Source: Chromera velia (lineage: Eukaryota). From it: a stretch of 54,071 bases of DNA. Location of the stretch: assembly GCA_018398765.1 (NCBI GenBank), contig JAHBMJ010000196.1:1-54071 (forward strand), written 5' to 3'. Position numbers and translations under genes: made by a program. Every line of letters begins with the position of its first letter. Position 1 is the first letter of the stretch. Of the stretch, positions 46,022 through 54,071 are shown in pieces. The notes below the pieces were generated by a model. It was given only the letters and a program-made list of their open reading frames with translations. It did not search any database and was not told the origin of the DNA.

Positions 46022-46620
46022 ATGGGGGATGCAGTCAGATTTGACAAGCTCGAGCAGATTGGGAAGGTCAAGCGAGTGACTACGGTCTTTATCCCAGGAA
46101 AAACAAATGGACAGGTCTGGTATACCACCTTTAAGGCAAAGGCAGATGCGGGAAACCTAAATGTGAATGAGAAGAAACTGTTGCTGGTAGGTCACTTTAA
46201 AGATCCTGACCTTATCCTGTGGTAGAATGAAAACTCCGCTTCCACCACAACTTTAGACGATGTTGACACCTTGTTCCTTGAAGCGCATGGCAGCACCGGT
46301 GTAACACAGGCGCACGCCGTCTACGGTATGGCTGACGTGCGGCTGAACCTCGGAGACGACTATGACAAATTCGTTGAACGCTTACATCCAGGCAAATCCA
46401 AACAGAAGAAGAAACGACAGAATCAGTTCCTTTTGCGCTTTATCCCGAGCTGAGAGAAGAGCTGGAGATAGAACAGATCTACACCGATTGGGACCAATTG
46501 AAGAGGAGAGTCGGGTACCTCCATGCCAAGCAACAGAAGAAAGCAAGGGCTCGAATTGCGGGGGTGCAACAGAGAGATGAGAGAGATGAAACGGCTCGAT
46601 CAGCAAGCTGCTCAGATCGC
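46022..46620 (+). pseudogene. gag: Degenerate gag region
   Basis: Position between PBS and protease. MGDAVRFDKLEQ...WYTTFKAKA...LLLVGHF..LILW* continues in frame after TAG 46223, with later frame disruption. Confidence 0.6.
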
Positions 46621-46634
46621 GGCTCTGAGAGGCC

Positions 46635-49600
46635 GTGGCCGTGGCCGTGGGGGATTCACCGACCGGTAAGCCTGTGTCTGTTTTTATTGACACAGGGGCG
46701 GAAACTTCGTTCATTGATGTGAATACGACTTTGCATCATGATGCTGATACAGATGTCGACAGGCCCACGGTGGGTCTGCCCGCAGTGGGACAGACGGGCG
46801 TGTCGGTGGTGGGGGAGATTACGGCCAAGTTTTCTCACCCTTCCCTGCCGAAGAAAGTATTCCCACACCGCCTGACCGTCACAGAAGATTCGGGGTATGA
46901 AGCAGTCTTAGGGCAGGACTTTTTGAAGCTGTTGGACCCAGTAGTACAGTACCACTACCGTGAAGACCGTCTAGATGTTGCGGACCTCCCCTCCTTTGAG
47001 GTCTGGTACGAGGATGGGAGGAAACCGATGCATGTCTCCGCCTTCACGCGCACGAAAGTCCCCAAAAGAGCGAGGGCTCTTGTGCGTGTGCAGGTTGAGG
47101 GGATGGAAGGGGAGGAGACGGTCATTTTAAGAAGGAATTACCCGAGGGGGTTTCCGGGACTTGCCATCCCGGACCAAGTAGTAGACGTCAAAGCTGGAGT
47201 CGCCACAGTAGAAGTCATAAACATCGCCACTAACCTCATCCGCCTAGGACCGAATTCACTCCTAACTTTTGCAGAGCCGTTCTCTCGTGTGTCGTCCGTC
47301 ACCGCAGTCACCGCCAATGCTCCCGCCTCTGCCTACACACAGCAACCGCCGATTCCCAAGAAAGAAGACTCGCCTGTCCCTGCCCTTCCCTCGCAGAAGC
47401 TTCCGCCTGTGGATTTCTCTCACCTGTCACGCGAATTGAGGGAGAGATACGAGAGGGTCCTTCAAGAATATTCCGATCTCTGGTCTCGCTCTCGTTTTGA
47501 TATTGGAGAGCTAAGAGTGGATGGAAAGCCTTTCGAGGTGACCATTCCCACTGGAGATTCCCCTCCCATTCGCTGGAACCAAGACAGAATCCCGTACCAC
47601 CAGAGAGAGCATGTGAAGAAGGAGTTACAAAAGATGGAAGAAGGGGGAGTGATTCGTCCCTCCACTTCCCCGTGGGCCGCCCCAGTCGTTCTAATCAAGA
47701 AACCAGATGGGACGACCCGTTTTTGTCTAGATTTCTGCAAACTGAATCAAGCCACCAAGAGAGATCTTTTTCCCCTCCCCCAAATTCAAGAGACACTCGA
47801 CCGCCTTACAGGAGCCAAGGTGTTCTCAGCACTTGATTATACCTCCGGCTTCCAGCAACTCCACATGCACCCCGACCACGCAGAGAAAACCGCCTTCGTC
47901 ACTCCGTTCGGACTTTATGAATTCACCAAGATGCCCTTTGGGTTGGTAAATGCCCCTTCTGTTTTTCAGAGAGCCATGAATTTGGTTCTTGCAGGTCTGT
48001 CTAGAGACCTCGCTCTCGTTTATATCGACGACATCATCGTCTTCAGCCAATCCCATGACGAACACATCCAAGACTTGAGGGAGGTTTTAGGTTTGGTGAG
48101 GAAAGCAAATTTGAAGCTCAAACTCGAGAAGGCACAGATTGCCATGACAGAGGTGGAATATTTGGGATATACGGTGTCAGAGAAGAGGGTCAGACCGAGC
48201 AGAAAGAACATCCAGAAGATTTTACAGTGGGAGCCACCGTAGGACAGGAAGGAGTTCCGCTCTTTTCTGTATCTGTGCTCCTACTACCATCATTTTATTA
48301 CAGGCTTTGCTCGTCTCTCCTTCCCTCTTTTTCAGATGTTACTTCCTGCAGATGAGCAAGGCAGACCGGTCCCGTTTGTTTGGAATAGAGAAAGAGAGGA
48401 AATTTTTGGGGAGTTGAAAGAGAGGCTGACGACCCCTCCGATTCTCGGCTTCCCAGATATGAGCCTGCAGTTTAGGGTGAAACCGGACGCATGTGAAGTG
48501 TCTGTGGGAGGCGTGCTCACGCAGATGCAGAGGGGAAGGGAAGTGGTAATTACGTATGTCAGTAGGGGGTTGAGTGCGGCAGAGAAAAATTATAGCCCCA
48601 CCAAGAGGGAGGCCTTGGGGGCTGTCTACTGCTGCAAGCAGTGGAGGCATTACCTGTTTGGGGGGGCAGCGTATGTGATCACGGATCATCAACCGAATTT
48701 AACGATGTCCGACCGCAAAGTAACGAACAAAAGGGTACACAACTGGGCGTTAGAGTTGCAGGAATACGGGTTGACGTTCGTTCATAAGGCGGGGAAGCAA
48801 CATATGGACGCAGACACCGTTTCCCGACAGCCACAGCCTCCCCCGTCTCTTCCCGCCTCCGTAGACAGCGGGGTCCCTTTGTGTCGTCACTGCAATCAGC
48901 CTGCTGACGGTAGCAAGGAGATCTGATCTGGCATGGCTGCCGCCCTGGCAGGTGTGCAGGCAGGTGTGTCCCCTTTGCAGGTTGAGAGGGGCTTTCTGGA
49001 CCGTGTGAGGGAGGAGTTACCGAGAGACCCCTTGTTGAAGGATCATTTTAAATACTTTGCAGAGGGGGTGTTGCCTCGGGAGGCAAAGAAGGCGAAGCAA
49101 ATTCTGTTAGAGGAAAGTGCGTTTGAAGAGAGAGGGGGTTTGTTGTACAGGTACGAAGGAAGGGAGACAGAAAGGAAAGAACAGTTGGTGGTGCCTGAGG
49201 CGTGCAGAAAGACGGTTATGGTGATGAATCACGATCACCAGTTGGGGGGGCACCCAGGGGCAAATCGGCTGACAGAGAAGACTCTTCTGCACTTCTGGTG
49301 GCCAGGTTTGAGAGCAGACATGAGGGAGTGGGTCGCTTCCTGCCGAGAATGCAAAGAGAGGCTCAAGCCGAAAGCAAAGAGAGCACCCCAGACTATGCCC
49401 GTGCCTCCCCGTCCTTGGCACACACTCGGCATTGATGTGTCAGGGCCCTTTCCGACGAGCAGGAGGGGAAACAGATTTGTGCTCGTTGTGACAGACCATT
49501 TTGGAAAGGATGTGGAGACGTTTGCCCGTCCTGAACTGCCCGCTCATGTCGTAGCACAGATTCTGGTCGATGAGATTTTCTGCAGGCATGGTCCCTTTGA

Positions 49601-50657
49601 GGTTCTCCTCTCAGATAGGGGAACGAATTTCCTGGCAGAAATCGTGAGTGAGGTGTTGAAGATTTTGAGAGTGAGGAGGAAGGTAACAGCAGGGTACCAC
49701 CCTCAGTGCGCAGGACTGACAGAAAGATACAATCAGACGTGGGAGCAAGGGGTTGGAAAGCAGTTGAGAGCAGAGAACGAGCTTGATTGGGATCTGTATT
49801 TGTAGCCCTTCAATTTCTCATACCGGATGACCCCGCATTCCGAGACTGGATTGACCCCATTCTAGTTGACCCATGGGTATGAGCCGACCCATATGCTGCG
49901 AGTAGAGCCCGTCTCATCAGAGACCCGTTCCCCTCCAGTGGCTTACAACGACTACTACAGCGTGATCCGTCAGAACAGGTTGGAGTTGATTGAGACGGCA
50001 CGAGCGAGGATGGAGAAATCGAGGCAAGAGAGAGAGTGGAAGAACCCGCCCCCTTGGAAGAGCAAATTCAGAGTGGGGGATCAGGTGTTAGTGCGAAAGC
50101 CTGTCAATCTGCTCACAGGCAGAGTGGATGGAGGAAAGTTTACAGAAAAGTTGGAAGGGATTTATCTGGTTGTTTCCCTTCCGGATGGACGGCCCCACAA
50201 CGCCGTTGTCAGGCAGTTGGGGGGAGGAAAGAGCATGACGATCTCCACAGACAGATTGGAGTTATGGAGGATGGCAAAGGAAGTGAGAGAGGAGATGAAG
50301 GGGAGAAGGAGAGAGGAGAGAGAAATAGAGGAAGAAAGAGAGAAAAGCAAGAGAGCGGCATCAGAGTCCGCATCGGATATGATTGACGAGCTTGGCCTTG
50401 GAGAAGAGTGGCCGAGAGACAAGAAACCAGAGAGAGGGGAAGCGCTTCCCGAGTCGATGCAGGAAGAGAAGAGAGGAAAGAGAGTGAGGGCAGTTGAGGT
50501 GAAGTCGAGCAGAGAGAAGGACGGAAAGACGCATTACAGAGTTGTCTACAATGATGGTTCGTTTTTATAGCTGCCAGAGGACGAAGTGGGAGAGCCTGAG
50601 TTGGTGAATGAATTCGAAAGGAATAAAGAAAGGATTTTGCGTGGACGTGAAGACTGA
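46635..50657 (+). pseudogene. pol: pol polyprotein (aspartic protease, RT, RNase H, integrase, chromodomain-like) with 5 in-frame stops
   Basis: IDTGA; SPWAAPVVL, MPFGL, YIDD; PDAC...REAL...TDH; HDHQLGGH...CREC, IDVSGP, SDRG, HPQ..GLTER. The ORF pieces starting at 46635, 48336, 48933 and 49866 share one frame. Stops at 48240, 48924, 49803, 49863 and 50568. Confidence 0.96.
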
Positions 50658-50863
50658 CTGTCCGATCCTTCGTTCATGCATTCGAACGTTTTCTTTTCTT
50701 TTTTCCACGCCCTTCCCGCCCGATCTTTTCACGCATGTTGGCAGCGATCTGCAGCTCGTTGCTTGGTTTCTTTGGCTACTGGGAGCGCCGGTGCAGACCA
50801 GAGTCATTGAGAGAAGTGAAGCAATAAATTGTGCGGGACGCACAATCTTGTGCGGGGTGTGGT

Positions 50864-51119
50864 TGTTACGGACCTTTGGACCTAGGCTCGATTTGGTCTT
50901 TAGAGTAATACAGAGAATTAATAGCATTAAATACACACTGTAATATAAAGGCATGCACGTCTGTATCTCAGCCTTTGCAATACAGATTGATTGAGCCTGT
51001 TAGAAGGACCGAGTCTTTCCTGATCGATAGGGAAGGCCCTTGTACGTCTGACAGATTCTCTGTATGTAGAACTTGTGGGTGAGTTGATTCCTAAGTTCTA
51101 GAGAGCTTAAACTAGAACA
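50864..51119 (+). repeat. Gypsy 3' LTR
   Basis: 256-bp copy of 45505-45760, followed by TSD ATAAC. Confidence 0.97.
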
Positions 51120-51124
51120 ATAAC

Positions 51125-51545
51125 GATTGTTCACCTTGTGTTTTCTCTTTGCCTTAGTTTATTTTTCTCACTCAAAAAATTAAGTTTGTCAGAACTTTGT
51201 CTTTTATAATCATTGGCCAAGCAACTAACAAGCCTTAGAACCATTATGGACTAATATGGAGGATGTTGCACTAGATACTGCAGATGTCTTTAGTTTGTCA
51301 CCACCTCTGCAGTCACAGTGCAGTAACGAGTCAAGGGACGACAGTGCGAAAATTGTTTTCTAGGGGCATTCAAAGAATCAGAGCATGACTGTCACGGTCT
51401 TGAGTCTCATCCTGTCAAGAAGAAGCGACTTTCTCATACTTTCTCATGAAGATCCATACGCATCTGAGTGGCATCTCCCTAAAGAAGATCCTGCCGATAC
51501 TGCGGATGCGATCGACTCGCTGAAGGAAATCGAGGATGCGCTAAA
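51125..51545 (+). pseudogene. Second, more decayed copy of the 43516 pseudogene
   Basis: 51256-51545 aligns with 43597-43828 (ATGGAGGATG..., GAAAATTGTTTTCTAG, CAAAGAATCAGAGCATGACTGTC, GCGATCGACTCGCTGAAGGAAATCGAGGA). RLFTLCFLFALV at 51124 resembles RLFTFMLFVML. Confidence 0.6.
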
Positions 51546-53113
51546 CTGACTTCATAAAATAAAAATTACCTAGAAAATTGCATGTTTAATCTAATGTTTG
51601 ATACTGCATGAACAGCAATCTACAGTCAATTTCTACTATGATTATAATTCTAGGCCTAGTTCTAGGCATTATTGAATGTCATTAAGTTTGCATTTTGATA
51701 ATATATAGAAGTCTGCATGACTCGGACTATTCAGTGGCTTTTCCAGTCGATTCAATAAAGACTCGTCCAGCATTACGAATGCTTTTTGAATTGGGTCATG
51801 ATCAGGCTCCCAGTACCTTCCTCAATCATTCTAAGTCACCGCACGCATTTATTTTCATTTGTATCATTACACCAGCAGCTGCCAAGTCAAGCCTGAGAGA
51901 GAGGGCCTGGGCCTCGGGGTGCGTCCACACGAAAATTGACGACACGCCGCCGACGAGCCTTCCCTGCCTCCACAGTGTCGACACCTCTTTATACATGGAA
52001 CGTCGGACGTGCACGCACATTCATTCATTCTTTCATTCATCAATTGGACCAGCTGTCCATCCATCGATCTATTCACAGGAAGATTAGCGACACCGTTTCT
52101 CGACTTTTTTCCCCGTGCAGTCGCAGTGCTCGTCCCTCTGCGCCTAGCGCAGCGCAAAGCCGACAGGAAGGGAATGAATGTCTTTTCGACATGCACAAGC
52201 GAACCCACCCACACAGAAAATGCAGAGAAGAAACAACGACGGAGGACACCGTCCCGCCCGCCGGCCGGCCAGCCAGACAGGAATTGAAGAAGACGGGCAA
52301 CAGGGTGGCAGCTTCACAAAAGCTTCTCCAATGCTCCCAAGAAGGAAACAAAGACACCAACGCAACCTTGCCTGTCTTCCAACAAACATCGACAGACAGG
52401 TGAGGAGAGAAGAAAACGCAACGCTTTCGCTGCACTTTCTGTTGAGTTTCCACCATGCCGTGGTGCTGCTTCCAGTCTCAAAGGAATTCCACCCGCCTGG
52501 CTGGCAGACTGACCAGCTCGCATACCGACCAATGGGCTGCCCAGTCCCTTGTCAATGGCATAAAGTGAGGGAGTTGAGGCTTTCGCCGGAGAGGAAGACA
52601 GTCAAATCAACCCAAAAGAGCGAAATGAGAGGAGACGAAAAGACAGGAGAAGAGAGGGAATGACGCCTTCGTTTGGTCAGGTAAAGAAATTTCATTGCAA
52701 TGAATAAATGCGTCTTAACCGACTGAGGGCGCAAATAAGCTAGTCATCAGGCAGCAGGACCTTTCCATCTTCTCCCCTTCCCGGCACTTTCCATTCCTTT
52801 TTCATCACGCGGTCAGAAGGGGAGCTTCGGAGCAGTGAGGCAGATTTTGAACGAACTGTGTTGCATGATTTTGATCAAGTTTCTTCTTCTCTTTCACCCG
52901 TTGTTACGTCGTCCGATCATTCGCTCCTCTGATCATCCGCCTCTGAATTCGTTTGGGGGGGCTGCCCCCTTCTTCCTCTCTCTACCTGACACGGCCCTTC
53001 AAGCACCTCAGACTGAGAGCACGCGCTCTTTTCTCTTTCTGTCTCCTCTCTCTCGGCGTCTTTTGTATACGCCTGTGCACTGCCGGCAGGTCGCTGCCTC
53101 GACCCACCCTGAT

Positions 53114-53147
<34 letters not shown>

Positions 53148-54071
53148 GCAGAATGCTGTGCTCGCCTCAATACTTCCAAATCGTGAAAGAATTTTCTTTC
53201 ACACGAAGAGGAGAGTGACCTCACGGAGCGAGTCTGCTTGTCTCTCTCTTCATATTCGGAAGGCAGGGAGGGAGGCTAACGAGCGGGCGGGCAGGCAGGG
53301 TGACAGCGAGAAGCACCCACCCAAAGGACCGAATGAATGTTCTCGCAAATTCAAACCCTCCTGAGAAACGAAAAATAGGGTCGCTAGAAAACAGGAAGAC
53401 AGAGAAGAAAGAGAAGAGAACAGACTGAAAGACAGACAAAAAGAAAGAAGAAAGAAGGAGAAGAGAATGAAGGAAGAGGGTTAAAGGAAGAGAAGAGGAG
53501 AGTGCAAACAGATAGAAACATGGACTGAGATGAGATGACAGAGTATTTTCTTTCAGGTGTCTGGGTCGGGTCGCTCTTCCTCCTCTTTTTTCTCTTCTAC
53601 ATTCCCTGCCTCAGCCGATCCGAGTCTCATGCAGAAAGAATTCAGTTAGGTGCATCAATCGATTGATGGATGGATGGATAATCCCCCGACGTCCCGATAT
53701 CGATTGAAACATTGATTGATTGCATCAGCAGTTCAGAATGTCACTTCTCTCCAAAGCCGATCGATCGTGTACCCAAACAAGCAAAGCCTTTCTTCATCTC
53801 GTTGCAAAGGTTCATGACCGTGTCACTCCTAGTTGCTCATCCATAGTGCCGTCCCCTGCCCTGCCCCCTTGGCTTCCTTTTCGTCCACCTGCGTTGGTTG
53901 TCTCCTCTCTTTTCTTACATCATCGATGAAGGAAGGCACTACACCTGACATGCTCTTGCTCTGGCTTTCGCTGCCTTGTCCCATTTCGTCAGGCCAGAAA
54001 GAGAGACCGACATACAGACAGATACGAAATCCTGCTTGCTCCCCCCCCCCCCCCCCCCCCAACCCCCCCCC

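Larger units (their letters stand above)
45505..51119 (+). mobile_element. Full-length Ty3/Gypsy LTR retrotransposon with a C-terminal chromodomain-like module, inactivated
   Basis: 256-bp LTRs with TG...CA termini. TSD ATAAC at 45500-45504 and 51120-51124. PBS-like TGGTCAGCAGAGC at 45762. Domain order PR-RT-RH-INT. Confidence 0.97.

Noticed and set aside
51700..54071. Possible exons of a gene near the right edge
   Set aside because: Intron-like composition suggests a gene, but I could not build a phase-consistent or recognisable protein.

Overview
Eukaryotic nuclear DNA that is intron-rich and full of microsatellites. Intron style, TGCATGCA motifs and an apicomplexan-like ataxin-2 suggest a chromerid/apicomplexan-related alveolate such as Chromera (inference only). 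Host genes: a ~20-exon ataxin-2/Pbp1 homologue (-, 9330-20757), divergent from a type II membrane protein gene (+, 21876-24846); a multi-exon mTERF-repeat protein (-, ~27843-37284), divergent from a rhomboid protease (+, 37827-39656); and a DUF202 membrane protein (-, 42171-42677). Mobile DNA: a structurally complete 3.2-kb non-autonomous LTR element (812-4016; GATCT TSD, PBS, PPT) that carries an intronless 519-aa non-retroviral ORF plus an internal A13 tract; a foldback MITE with a 6-bp flanking duplication (4593-5014); a 5'-truncated RLE-type non-LTR retrotransposon fragment (40477-41009); and a full-length chromodomain-bearing Ty3/Gypsy element (45505-51119; ATAAC TSD). The Gypsy pol is inactivated only by nonsense codons, and the element sits at the start of a duplicated signal-peptide pseudogene. 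The most notable signals are the LTR cargo gene, transition/TpA-biased decay of repeats (methylation- or RIP-like), frequent GTCAGT-type splice donors and complementary intronic microsatellites. All exon structures were assembled by eye. I could not resolve 5300-9300, 25900-27700 or 51700-54071.
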